Origin: a virus
Virus record (IMG/VR): IMGVR_UViG_3300045996_003052
Span: 11,743 to 75,742 of that record
Reading direction: 5' to 3' (one strand)
Length of the DNA: 64,000 nucleotides
The first letter of the stretch is position 1. Each line of letters starts with the position of its first letter. Under the pieces are notes generated by a model. That model worked only from the letters and a program-made list of their open reading frames with translations, was not told the DNA's origin and made no database searches. A program made the translations under genes and the position numbers. Shown piece by piece: positions 10,367 to 21,105 of the stretch.

Positions 10367-13291
10367 ATGTCCATCAATGAAAAGCGGTTGACTGAGGTGC
10401 TTGATGCGTGGCAACGTCTACGCGATAAGGCCCATGATCGTAACCTCAACCTAATAGTTGGGGAGGTGGCGCTTCTCGTGTTGGCCGCGGCGGTACACGA
10501 GCTCGATGACTCATTGTCAGTATATTTACCGAATGCCGGCCGTGGCGATTAACGAGGAGGTTCCCAAGTCACCGGCCCACGATGAAGAGGCCGAAGGCCA
10601 GCCGGCGTGGCCGGCGGACTTCGACCAGTACGAGGTACCATACAACTACGACAACGAGCTACCTGATGGCGAGGAGCTCATCGAACGGCGGAAAGAGTGG
10701 GAGGGGGAGTAACATGGCAAATCAGGTAGAAGCGCTCCGGCAGGCTACGGCCTGCCTGGACGAGTACGAGCAAGAGCTTCGAAAGCGAATCGAGCGGCTA
10801 AAGGACTTCAAGGCACTTCAGCAGATCGTCGTCGAGCTACTTCAGCGGTTCCCAGAGCCAATGGCAGGGGACGAGTTCTACAACTCACCTGAGGTACGTA
10901 CGAGTTTTAACCTGGATGCCGGTACCCACCAGGCACTTATGGTGAACCGCGACTGCAAGTCGATCCAAGAGGTCATAGAACCGCTACGCTTTCTACGAAA
11001 GCGGCTGGGAAAGTACGAGGTCACGGACGACCCCGACTTTAAGCGGCGGATCTACAAATTCAACGTCGACGGCTGTGCCTTGGTCTTCCAGGCATTCTTT
11101 TGGGCTAGTGAGGACCAGCTTTGCAAGTACGTCCAGATCGGCGTCAAGGAGGAGCCGGTGTTTAAGCTGCGGTGTGCCGGCCAGGAGGTGACGGATGAGG
11201 TTTCCTGACGGCTCAGCCGTGCGGCGAGGTGCTGGGCTACGACAACGGGGTCTACCTAGTCAGCATCTTTGAGGAGTACCGCGAGGCGGATGACGTGGAC
11301 GGCCTCGTGGAGGTGCCGCCTGAACAGCTTGAACTGCTTGACGAGGAAGACTTCGCAGACTGGAGTGAATGATGAAACCAACTCGTGAACAAGTACAACA
11401 GTTCGTCGACGACGCGGCGGCCGACGGCTGGCAGGTTAAGGCGATATACCGTAACGATTTGGGTGACATAAAGCTGTCGAGGGATGGCTTCATCGTACAC
11501 GCGTATCTCGATCCAAATCGTTTGGATTCTCGCACACCGCAGCTCTCGGCCTGGGGCCCGGACGGCCTGGCGATTTCCCCCGTGCCGATGCCATACAGCA
11601 TGACAAGGTTTCTAGAAACCTTGACGTATTGCAGCCACTGTGGTGCCAAAGGCGTCGAGACCTTCAGGTACAGTTTCGCCGGCCGGGCTTGCTCTCAATG
11701 TTTACCGGCACTGAAGGCGGAGCACGAGAAGCCGGGGTGGACTAACTAATTATGAAACCAATAAATGAGTGCAAGACCGTCCGCGAGCTGCTCGCTGGCG
11801 AATCTCGCTGGACGACTCGGTACTACGCGCGGGACAACGGCGGCTACGGTATCTTTCCAAAAAGCACACACGCCGTATGTTTCTGCCTCTCTGGGGCAGT
11901 CCTTCGAATTTATGGTGAAGGCGAGGCGGCCTACGCCGTTAACGACCGTTTACTGGTGGCCATCCACAAACGTACACGTGAGGCTATAGGGGTCGCGACG
12001 TTTAATGATGTACACGGCTACAAGGCCGTCATGGCGGTGGTCAAGGAGGCCGGCGTTTAATGGCCACGCCTATGTTCCTTAGGTATGCCTAGGGATCCCT
12101 AGGCATAACCAAGTGAATACAAAGGCATGGTACGTGATAGTAACGATAACGTACCCGCTTAATTTCAAAGGGGAGGTGTAGGGCATATGGGCTGTGACAT
12201 CCACATTGCGATTCAACGCCAAGAAGGCGACGGTACGTGGCGCGAGGTCATCTACCAAGACGAACTGTATGATTTTCAGAAAGAGCAGGGAGATAAGCCA
12301 GTTGACGGAATTCCCGTCGCGCCTCGGGTATTCCACGGGCGTAACTACGACCTGTTTGCTATCCTCGCCAATGTCCGCAACGGTCGAGGTTTTGCCGGCA
12401 TTAAGACGGGCGACGGTTGGCCGTCTATCGCGTCGGACCGGGGCTGGCCAAGCGACTTCATCGAGCCGGCGCCCAACCCAGCGTACCTAGAGGACGGGCC
12501 GCGGTACATGGGCGACCACTCGTTCACTTGGATCTCCCTTGACGAACTGAAGGCGTTTGACTGGGACGGGAACACGTCAACGCTTTGTGGCGTCGTTTCA
12601 GCAAAAGAGTATGAAAAGTTGAAGGGGGAGCCGCCAGAGTCGTATTGTGCCGGGGTCGATGGTCCTGGAATCTTTACGTACACTGAAAGTCAGTACCTTA
12701 ACGCGAAGCTACACGGTGCGCTAGCTCCCAAGCCGCACGTTAGGGTCGAGTGGCAAGAGTCGGCACGGTCAGCGACGTACGACTGGCCTGGCAAGGTTAT
12801 CCCGTGGCTTGAACAGCTCGCCGGCGGCCGTCCGCTCCGGCTTATCCTGGGGTTTGACAGCTAATGGTAAAGAAAGAATCAATTAGGGTACCACGAATGC
12901 TTCGGGTAGAGAGCATTATCTTTAAGCGTTCTCAAAAAAGCCCGGAGGAGGCCGGCCTCCTGATTAATGAGGGAGAGGGTCCGATCATCGACATGTTGGG
13001 GAAGGTGGTTCCTGCGCCAATTTGGAGCTGGAATCCTGACCACGAATTTACCTTCATCTACCGCCCACAGGACAGGAGGTTCAAATGACTACAAATGAAG
13101 TGAATAGGCCCACGGTGAAGCTCATCGGTGCCGACGGCAACGTCTTCAACATCCTCGGCCTCTGTATGAGGGCCGCCAGGAAGGCTGGGTGGCCAAAAAA
13201 GCGGGTCGACGAGTTCGTCGGCCGCTGTACCAGCTCCGGCAGCTACGACGCGGTCCTCGGCATCGTCATGGAAGAATTCGAGGTCGAGTAA
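10367..13291 (+). CDS. Cluster of hypothetical genes (10367-10552, 10714-11208, 11369-11749, 11752-12060, 12187-12864 MGCDIH-type phage protein, 12864-13088, 13085-13291)
   Basis: Co-directional ORFs with RBSs. MGCDIH...RNYDLFAILANVRN...FDS and LIGADGNVFNILG are recurrent phage hypothetical motifs. Confidence 0.65.
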
Positions 13292-13329
13292 GCGTCGAAA
13301 CAATGTGCAGCGATCAGGACAAAAAGTAT

Positions 13330-13358
13330 TGTACATCAGAGCAAATTTAAGATACAAT
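13330..13358 (+). promoter_or_regulatory. Phage promoter
   Basis: TGTACA-17-TACAAT. Confidence 0.7.
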
Positions 13359-13418
13359 AGTTCTTGAAGATTGAGCTTGACCACAATTTTTGTGGTCAAC
13401 AACAAGGAGGGTAGAAAA

Positions 13419-14015
13419 ATGGCAACAGTAAGACGGTACAGCGTTCACAAGGTGCCCGAAGACAAGGTGTTCAAGGGGCAGCCGAAGGTCATCATGGACC
13501 ACCTGGCGAAGCACCCGCGGTCAACCGTGGCCGAGATGGCGAAGGTCCTAACCTTCGAGGGGTCGCGGCAGGCGCCGGAACGTGTCATCGCGTTCTACAT
13601 GACGACCTTCAAGAAGACCGGCCTCGTCAAGGCCGAGGAAGAGGTCGTCGAGGACACAGCCGGTAAGGCCGCGGAGGCCGACTCTGGCGAGGAGGACGAG
13701 GCCGACGAGGACGAACAGGATGAAAACGGCGAGATCAACGAAGAGAGGCTACCCGTTGAGGAACGGGTAGCCTACCACGAGGAACTCTCTGCCGCCGAGC
13801 CGTCGCCTGGGGGCAAGTACGACGGCCTCAAGATGACCGAGGCAGTTTTACGGGTCCTTAAGTCCCGGAAAACTGCCAACGCGGAGGACATCGCCAAGTA
13901 CCTAGTAGAAAACGGGTACCAGGCGCAGCCGAAGCAGGTCACCGGCGCGCTCATCAACCTCATCAAGCAGGGGGTCGCGAAGAAAGGCGATCTCAATACC
14001 TACTCCCTCAAGTAG
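13419..14015 (+). CDS. Double winged-helix protein with acidic linker, paralog 2
   Basis: AAGGAGG RBS; KGQPKVIMDHL...RQAPERVIAFYMTTFKKTGLV; D/E-rich linker; second wHTH (EAVLRVLK...AEDIAKYL...VTGALINLIKQG). Confidence 0.75.
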   Translation: MATVRRYSVHKVPEDKVFKGQPKVIMDHLAKHPRSTVAEMAKVLTFEGSRQAPERVIAFYMTTFKKTGLVKAEEEVVEDTAGKAAEADSGEEDEADEDEQDENGEINEERLPVEERVAYHEELSAAEPSPGGKYDGLKMTEAVLRVLKSRKTANAEDIAKYLVENGYQAQPKQVTGALINLIKQGVAKKGDLNTYSLK

Positions 14016-14258
14016 GTAGCCATGGCGAGGCGCTCTTGGCGAAATTTTTTGGAGCCGGCGGCTCCAAAGAAGCCCGAAAAACACGGACCGTATTCCGTTC
14101 TTCCGGCGCATCCCGGAAGGACGGAACGCGCTGCGGACATCTACGCAAACCACGCGAGGCTGGAGGAGGCCGCAGCTCAACTGCGGCTCTCCTCCGACCT
14201 CTATTGTCTCCAAGCGGCTACCCTGGTCGAAGCGGCCCTCGAGGTCTTGCAAGAGGGT

Positions 14259-14438
14259 CTAGTTAACTTGTGCGGCAAAAAGCCGAAAAACAAGCCAAAT
14301 GACCCAACAGACTAACGCAAAGACGAGAATGTTGGCTGCGCAAACGAGTTGGTATAACGCCTCGAGCATGAGCCGCTCGTTGGGGTACTTGTTGCCAGCA
14401 ATTGCGGTGCGGAGGCGAGACGTTAGCGGGTCCTTCAT
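14259..14438 (-). CDS. Counter-oriented small membrane protein (59 aa)
   Basis: MKDPLTS...LVCAANILVFALVCWVIWLVFRLF (TM helix), immediately downstream of the minus-strand promoter at 14447-14475. Confidence 0.5.
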   Translation of the reverse strand: MKDPLTSRLRTAIAGNKYPNERLMLEALYQLVCAANILVFALVCWVIWLVFRLFAAQVN

Positions 14439-14446
14439 GATAACGG

Positions 14447-14475
14447 ATAGTACTACGAATAATTCGGGTTGTACA
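14447..14475 (-). promoter_or_regulatory. Leftward promoter (TGTACAACC class)
   Basis: TGTACA-ACCCGAATTATTCGTAG(17)-TACTAT; adjacent 15-bp hairpin at 14479-14513. Confidence 0.6.
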
Positions 14476-14825
14476 CCTTCGTTGACTAATGTCTTAGGGA
14501 CATTAGTCAACGATGCTCCTAAGCGCAACGCAAAGCCATCGGGCGCAAGCGGGCCGTGGGTGTCTAATGGTAGCCTATGGTCAAAATTACCTTCGTTGCC
14601 TAGCGCCAGCGGCTCTGCTTTAAGTCGGTCGAGGCCCAATGTATGAGACATTGTGCCTCGAGCGGGTTAAAAAGAGGTATACTTCTGGGCAAAACGGGTG
14701 TTATAATTATTTTTGTGGGTGAATATCTGCTATCGGTTGACCGTGCTTGGGTTTCCGCCATGTTATCCTTGGAGCGCGTTGACCTTTTGTGGGGTTCACC
14801 CACCCTTTTTTCTAAAAGGAGACAG

Positions 14826-15065
14826 ATGAGATTTCAAAATGGCGATCGGGTATTTGTCAAAGAGTGCGTTACGAAGGATAAAATCTGCCCTGCGCTTATC
14901 GGCACCGTCGTTCATGACTATGGGGAATGCGTTGAAGTCCGGTTAGACAGAGTGGTAACGGATGTGCCGGGTGTTGGGGACGTTGTCCAATGGACGGACC
15001 CAGAAGATAAAGTTCAAGACTTTTTGCACGAATTCCTCGTGCCTATTGTTGGGGAGTCGAAGTGA
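14826..15065 (+). CDS. SH3/KOW-like small protein
   Basis: AAAGGAG RBS; MRFQNGDRVFV...GTVV. Confidence 0.55.
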   Translation: MRFQNGDRVFVKECVTKDKICPALIGTVVHDYGECVEVRLDRVVTDVPGVGDVVQWTDPEDKVQDFLHEFLVPIVGESK

Positions 15066-15499
15066 ACTGCGCGAATTGCGGTAACTCCATCCCTGAAGCC
15101 CGGCAGCTAGCGCTGCCTGGCGAGACTTGGTGCCGCGACTGTGTCGAGGCAGATGGGGACGTGGAGCGCGTCCGCGGTGCCATGACGTGGGAACACAAGA
15201 CGGCACCGACGCTAGTCCTTGGCCACGCGGCGGACATCATCCGCGGGTATGACCGCCGCGGGTTCCACGCGGCGCTGCCCATGAACTCGCCCAACAACCC
15301 GCGCATGCAAGCCTCAGCTGCGAAGCAGCAAGACTTGAAGGATTTGCGGAGTATTATGCGGGAAGAAGAAACTCCCGCAAAGACTTATGACGACGTCCCT
15401 CGTGCCCGGTGCCACCCAGATCGTCCAAAAGTTGGGACTAGCGGCAAGTGCTACGAGTGCGCGGTCAAGTGGTATGAGGAGCGAGCTCGTGTCCGGTAA
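15062..15499 (+). CDS. DksA/TraR-type C4 zinc-finger protein
   Basis: CANCGNSIPEARQLALPGETWCRDC. Confidence 0.7.
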   Translation: MNCANCGNSIPEARQLALPGETWCRDCVEADGDVERVRGAMTWEHKTAPTLVLGHAADIIRGYDRRGFHAALPMNSPNNPRMQASAAKQQDLKDLRSIMREEETPAKTYDDVPRARCHPDRPKVGTSGKCYECAVKWYEERARVR

Positions 15500-16388
15500 C
15501 CTACACTATACTGACGTGTGTCGGTGCAATCACTATCGTGCAGTACATCTCAACGGACGATGCATAGGATGGACATCACCATATGTCAGTGGATGTACCT
15601 GTATTGAATTCCAAATTGTCAATCCCACGCCCGCCCTCCGGGAGCAGATCGAACAAGAGATTGAGGATACTGAAAGCTTGCCCGAACTCGGGGCGACATC
15701 ACAACAGCAGTATTTCGAACAGTGCGGGCGTATGGCTGGCCTTCGATGGGTGCTAGATCTACTGGCGTCCTCCGGCCCCGTCGTCGCCGCGCCGCCAAAA
15801 CAGGGAGAGGTGCTCCTACATCTCTCGCCAGAGAATGACCGCTGGAACAAGATGGCGCTCGGGATTCGTGACGCCGATGTGCCCGCCGCGGTCGTCGTGC
15901 CGTCCCGAGAGACGCCGCCGCAGGGGTTTGCAGCGTTACGTGGGGCGATTCCGGCTGAGGAATCAGACGAGGATTTTAATGCCGCCTGTGCGTCGCTGCG
16001 GGACACCACGTCTCCCGCGTCCTCCCTGTCACGAGCGGCGCTGGAACGCCCGAAGATTATTTGCCTCTGCGGTTCGACAAAATTCATCGACCATTTCGCG
16101 ATCCAGACATGGGAACTGGAACTAACAGGCGCGATTGTGCTTGGCTGCACGTTGCTGCCGTCATGGTATTGCCCGGTGCGCGATCACTTTGCAGAACTGC
16201 AAGGCGTGAAGGGGCAGCGAGACGAGCATCACCTGCGCAAGATCGATCTTGCCGACGAAGTGCTCGTGCTGAACATTGGCGGCTACATCGGTGAATCGAC
16301 GCGGAATGAAATCGCCTACGCCACGAAAACCGGCAAGCCCGTGCGCTATTTGGAACCACTGGCGGCTCCAGAGAGACGAGACGAGTAG
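15489..16388 (+). CDS. Mosaic protein with a C-terminal nucleoside deoxyribosyltransferase/TIR-like domain
   Basis: KIICLCGSTKF...HLRKIDLADEVLVLNIGGYIGESTRNEIAYA; GTG start after GAGGAG. Confidence 0.6.
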   Translation: MSGNLHYTDVCRCNHYRAVHLNGRCIGWTSPYVSGCTCIEFQIVNPTPALREQIEQEIEDTESLPELGATSQQQYFEQCGRMAGLRWVLDLLASSGPVVAAPPKQGEVLLHLSPENDRWNKMALGIRDADVPAAVVVPSRETPPQGFAALRGAIPAEESDEDFNAACASLRDTTSPASSLSRAALERPKIICLCGSTKFIDHFAIQTWELELTGAIVLGCTLLPSWYCPVRDHFAELQGVKGQRDEHHLRKIDLADEVLVLNIGGYIGESTRNEIAYATKTGKPVRYLEPLAAPERRDE

Positions 16389-16698
16389 TGAAGTGAGTAA
16401 CCTGAGTTATGGCGATCTCGTCACCATTATACGGGCGTTTGAACGACTCTACCCAACGCCTCCACGGTTCAGGATACGTCCAAGTGAGTACGTATCCGAA
16501 GACACTTGTTACCGGCTACAGATCCCGGCCGAGTTTGCTGAGTTTGATAAATGCGACGTTCTGTATGTGCTTCATCCCGATACATTGTTCGATTTACGTC
16601 AGCGCGGATTTACTGACGAAGAACTCAGTGTGGCGTTAGAGGAATTGTCAAAGCGGACGTCAGAAGGGTCTAGCGCGCGGCTGCGCGGGTAAAGGACA

Positions 16699-17118
16699 TT
16701 GAGTCGAATCAAGATCACTAAAACGCCGATCTACCTTTACGTCGTCACCTGCGAATCTCCAAACCATTACTATGTGGGGATTTCGGCCGACGTGAAGCAT
16801 CGGTTTCGTAAGCATCGCATGGGAAAGGGGTCGGCTTTCACCGCTAAGTGCGGGGCGAAATCGGTCGAGGTGGTAGGAACGTATCAGACACAAGAAGAAG
16901 CGGAAGCGGCTGAGAAGGCCTACACCTTGTCACTGCGAGAGAGGACAGGCGGTGTCGTCGCCGGCGGAGGGCGCTGTTGGGCAAAGTGGGGCATTGAGGA
17001 AGGCAGGGCGAGGGGTATGAGTCCGGTGGTGAAGACCGCATGGGTCTGTATCGACGGCCAGTGGAAAGCGATTGCAACGTGCGCGGACGGTTCTTACTTC
17101 ACGCTGTGGCCAAAGTAG
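16699..17118 (+). CDS. GIY-YIG endonuclease
   Basis: YLYVV...YYVGIS...RFRKH...GSAFT...AEAAEK. Confidence 0.8.
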   Translation: MSRIKITKTPIYLYVVTCESPNHYYVGISADVKHRFRKHRMGKGSAFTAKCGAKSVEVVGTYQTQEEAEAAEKAYTLSLRERTGGVVAGGGRCWAKWGIEEGRARGMSPVVKTAWVCIDGQWKAIATCADGSYFTLWPK

Positions 17119-17162
17119 AGCAGTCTTCAGGCCCACAGGCCCAGAAGGAAGGTTAGTGAAAG

Positions 17163-17278
17163 ATCGCGGGAAGCTCCGGAGCTCCAAATGGTCCTTCAGC
17201 TCGGACCTAGACTAGAGCCAGGGCGTCCAACGAGCTGCGCCGTGTGAGGTGAGAAACACTCACCGGGGCTTCCCCGAT
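17163..17278 (+). ncRNA. Candidate structured RNA
   Basis: Closing stem atcg-c-gggaagctccgg / ccggggcttccc-cgat encloses three internal hairpins; intergenic. Confidence 0.35.
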
Positions 17279-17310
17279 GCAAGGAGCAGAGCAGGAGTCA
17301 CGAATTATTT

Positions 17311-19411
17311 ATGCCTAACCAATTTACTTTTAATGTCGAATTTGAGTTCGATACGTCCGCAGCGTGTCTAAGTCTGCAAAATGTATTTAATGACGCGATG
17401 GACAAAGCGATGAAGCTAGAAGGGGTTACGTCTAAAGGAGCGACGACCGGAGCCACTGGATGGGACGATGGCACTCGGCCGAGTAACTATCGCGAAGGTC
17501 CAAAGTGGGAAGTTATTCCAGAGACGGGCGCGCGTGGAGCGCACCCATGAGCCTACTGTTAACCGACCACGAGCGTGAACGCTTCGCCGCCTACCTTGAA
17601 GCCGAGGCGGAATCGGCGGACGGGATTGCGGCGCAGATGGAAACCATCCGCACCCATGAAGCGATCATTAAACGGTTTCGCCTTGAAGCGATTGCTGCGA
17701 GGATTATCGCCGCAAAACTTCGCGCGACAGAATCATTTACCTGTGGCGCCCGAAAGGACACCCTAACGCATGAGCCGCGAACCTGAACCTGAAATGGAAA
17801 TTATCCTGCGGTTGTTGCCGTGGACGCATTGGGACGTCAAGCAGCAGTCGCGCGTCTGCCTGTTTTGCAATCGCGTCGATACCATCTGTGTCGCTGAACC
17901 GTGCCTCGGTCGCATGCGCGAGATCAAACGGAAAGGCCAGCCATGATCCCCGAGTCACCCGCTATTGCGGAACGCCTGAAAGAACTCGCGCAGGAATATT
18001 GGGGTGAGGACGAGAACGGTGAATGTGCTCATAAGAAGCCGGAAGCCGAGCAACATAAACTCGACACGCTTTGGGCTGAGAACCCGGTGGAATGCCTCAC
18101 GCGATTAGCCGCCTATGCCTATCAACTCGGACTCGCTGCCGCCGAGGCCCGCCTCGTGACCCTCGAACGGGAACGGGAAGAGTTGAAAGATGGACCGCCA
18201 AATCCTGTCGAATTATTGCGCGGCGATTCTAGTCTGCGGCAGCTAAATTGGGATAGCTATGGCGCGCCGTCGGTCACCAATGAAGCATTAGACGCCGCTG
18301 CGCGGTTGATAAGTCGATTGGCAGCCGTTCCCACAGTGCTCGGCGGCGTGCAATTAGAAGTTCACAGCGATGGCTGGGATATAGAGATCGAAATCGGCCC
18401 GAACGGGTTACCAGAAAGCGCCTACGTTAAGGGGCCGAAAGAAGAAGAAGAATCACAACTCACCGAGGCCCAGGACACGATCGCCCGACTCCAGCAGGAA
18501 CTTGAAGAATGGCGGGAGGCGCTAGCGCGACAGAAATCCAATGGGGAGTGGGAAACTCCAACGGAAGTGGCGAACAGTTTAGCGGCATCGCATAAGACAA
18601 TAGGCCGGACACTTAGAACTGCCGAAGCCACCCTCCGTGTGGCCGAGGCACGGCTGCGCGAGTACGGGCAACATAAAAGAGGCTGTGCCGTGTGGATTTG
18701 CGGTAACTGCGGCGCTCGCGGCATTTATTTTGGCGGCAAACTATGCTGTACAAGTTGTGAGAAATTCAGCGAACAGTCCTGCACCTGCGGATTCGTCATC
18801 GAGGGGCGCACGACGGAGCCGCGAGGATGACTTTGCAAATGCATTTGCTCTTGTTGCTGGCCGAAGCCCTGATCGATCACCTCGAAGGCAACGACGGCTT
18901 CTCGCACGGCGCTTACGGGATCGGCACCCCGGCGTATCATACCCGGCACGAACGCGTCACAGAATTGCGGTGGATGGTCGAAGAACTTAAAAAACTAGGG
19001 TCGGCGTAAAAAGGTGTGTACAGCGAGAACTTCGCAAATTATAATAGGGGTATGGAAATACTAACCCCCGTTGACGAGGTAAGCGAGAGCCTCGCGTTGC
19101 TGGCCCCTAAGTTAGATGGGGAATCCGCGCAGCCACAGGAGCTTGACGATGAGCCACAACAAATCGCGCGTTTGCTAGAGCGACAGAACGTCACGTATGA
19201 CCCAGTCTGGGAAGCCACGGAACGCTGTTACCCGCAATGGTTGCCAGTGCGCTGTAACTCCCTTCGCCGGGCCATTCTTCTAGCGAGCTCCGCGACGCAA
19301 CACCGCACCCGGGCATTTACGGTGCAACGGAGGGGGCGACTGGTATGTCTACGACTAATTCCGAAGGAAATCTCATCCAGCGAGGGGCACGAGCTTGTGC
19401 ATACTGCTTGA
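17311..19411 (+). CDS. Hypothetical genes (17311-17550, 17547-17786, 17943-18830, 18827-19009, 19052-19411)
   Basis: Coupled ORFs; 19052 follows the promoter TGTACA-17-TATAAT at 19017-19045. Confidence 0.55.
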
Positions 19412-19519
19412 CACTAATCAAGCAGTATTATTGCCATCACCACGACGCTATTTGGGTTACGCGTAAGAACGGCGACTTCTTTATGCGGTGTATGGATTGT
19501 CTGTACGAAAGCCCCGACG

Positions 19520-21019
19520 TTGTTATCAGTCGATCCCGCCAAGTTTAAGACTCCGGCGTACCAGCACCAAATAGAGGGCGTTGAGTTCTTAGTCAACCGC
19601 CCCTACGCGGCGTTATTTGACCAGCCAGGCGTCGGCAAATCAAAGCAGGTCGTTGACGCCGCTTGTCTCTTGTTCATAGAACAAGAGATAAGCGGCGTCG
19701 TCGTGGTTTGTCCCGCTGGAGCAAAGCGGGTATGGACCAACCTCCGCATCGGCGAGGTCGCGAAGCACGTCTGGGTTGATTCCGTGATGAACGAGTGGGA
19801 CTCAAGTTCTGATGAAATCAGAACTAAAGTCGGTAAGCTTACCTGGACCGTGGTCAGTTACGAGTGCCTGCGGGTAGCTAACAACGTTACGCGCCTGATG
19901 AAGGCCCTTAAGGGTCGACAGGTTCTAATCGTCGCGGACGAAAGCATCAAGATTAAGGGCCATAAATCGCAACAGACGGTCGGAGCGCTTAGGCTCCGAC
20001 AGGCTTGTAACCGTGCCTATATCTTGAACGGGACGCCAACGGGTGGAAATCCGTTAGATTTGTACTGCCAGATGGAGTTCCTCTCGCCCCAGATCCTTCG
20101 GTGCGACAGCTTCTACCAATTCCGTAACAGACACGCTATCATCCAGCAGGCTAGGACAAAGGCTGGAAAAAAGTACCCAACGATCATCGGGTATACTCGC
20201 CTCGAGGTCCTTAAGAACCAAATCAAGCCCTACGCCATCAGGCGGTTGAGGAAGAACTGTCTCGATTTGCCGCAGAAAATCTACTACATCCGTGAAGTAC
20301 CGTTTACTGAGTCCAGTTGGGCTCAGTATAAGGAAATGCGCGACCGGATGATCGTGGAGCTAAGCGGCCCCGACGTCGTCGTGGCGCGGCAAGCCATCGT
20401 CAAGAACATCCGGCTGCGCCAGCTTACGTCAGGCTTTATTGGTGGCCTGGAATCAACTGGTGGCGAAGCGGTTACAAGTTCGGAAAAGATGGACTTTGTG
20501 CTCGATCAGATCGATGACCTGATTGAGCAGGAGATTAACCCCGCTATCATTATTTGGGTTTACTTCACGTTTGAGTCGGAGCAGTATTACGCGCGTCTGA
20601 AGGATAAATACCCAACCGTGAGAATTCGCGGTGGCATTAAGCAGGAGGAGCGGAACTTTGCCGAGGAGGCCTTCAACGCCGATAGCGGGGATATGACTAG
20701 TGGGAGGCCAGTCATATTGCTTGGGCAGCCGCAGGCGGGTGGCCTAGGGCTGACCCTAACCCGCAGCCACCACGTCTTTTACAGTTCCCAAGACTATAAC
20801 CTGGTCACTCGCATTCAGTCAGAAGACCGCGTTGATCGCCCAGGACAACTTGCTAGTCCGAATATCTACGACGTGCTCGTTACAGGGCCGCAGGGCCAAC
20901 GGACCATCGACCACGTTATCTATAAGGCCTTAAAGACGAAAGACGACATGGCGACGTGGACGGCAGCTGATTGGGTGCGGGCCATTGGCGACGAGTCGCC
21001 GGAGGAGTTTTTGTTTTGA
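19520..21019 (+). CDS. SNF2-family (SF2) helicase
   Basis: YQHQ, DQPGVGKS, ADES, NGTP, GGLGLTL, QSEDRVDRPGQ. Confidence 0.9.
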   Translation: MLSVDPAKFKTPAYQHQIEGVEFLVNRPYAALFDQPGVGKSKQVVDAACLLFIEQEISGVVVVCPAGAKRVWTNLRIGEVAKHVWVDSVMNEWDSSSDEIRTKVGKLTWTVVSYECLRVANNVTRLMKALKGRQVLIVADESIKIKGHKSQQTVGALRLRQACNRAYILNGTPTGGNPLDLYCQMEFLSPQILRCDSFYQFRNRHAIIQQARTKAGKKYPTIIGYTRLEVLKNQIKPYAIRRLRKNCLDLPQKIYYIREVPFTESSWAQYKEMRDRMIVELSGPDVVVARQAIVKNIRLRQLTSGFIGGLESTGGEAVTSSEKMDFVLDQIDDLIEQEINPAIIIWVYFTFESEQYYARLKDKYPTVRIRGGIKQEERNFAEEAFNADSGDMTSGRPVILLGQPQAGGLGLTLTRSHHVFYSSQDYNLVTRIQSEDRVDRPGQLASPNIYDVLVTGPQGQRTIDHVIYKALKTKDDMATWTAADWVRAIGDESPEEFLF

Positions 21020-21029
21020 GGGCACTAAC

Positions 21030-21105
21030 TAACCTGAACGAGGTAAATAATTACCTCGTTCAGGTTAAAAAGTGGTGTACAACTTGTGGTTTCGGGGACT
21101 ATAAT
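21030..21105 (+). promoter_or_regulatory. 17-bp hairpin followed by promoter TGTACA-18-TATAAT
   Basis: taacctgaacgaggtaa-ataa-ttacctcgttcaggtta, then the promoter at 21076-21105; leaderless ATG at 21113. Confidence 0.7.

Noticed and set aside
14299-14646. 115-aa + strand ORF, and the N-terminal part of ORF 14643-15065
   Set aside because: They span promoters and hairpins and have no RBS; the region is better explained by the minus-strand gene and a start at 14826.
17163-17278. tRNA gene
   Set aside because: No T-loop consensus, canonical arm lengths or CCA end; kept only as an ncRNA candidate. No tRNA was recognised elsewhere.
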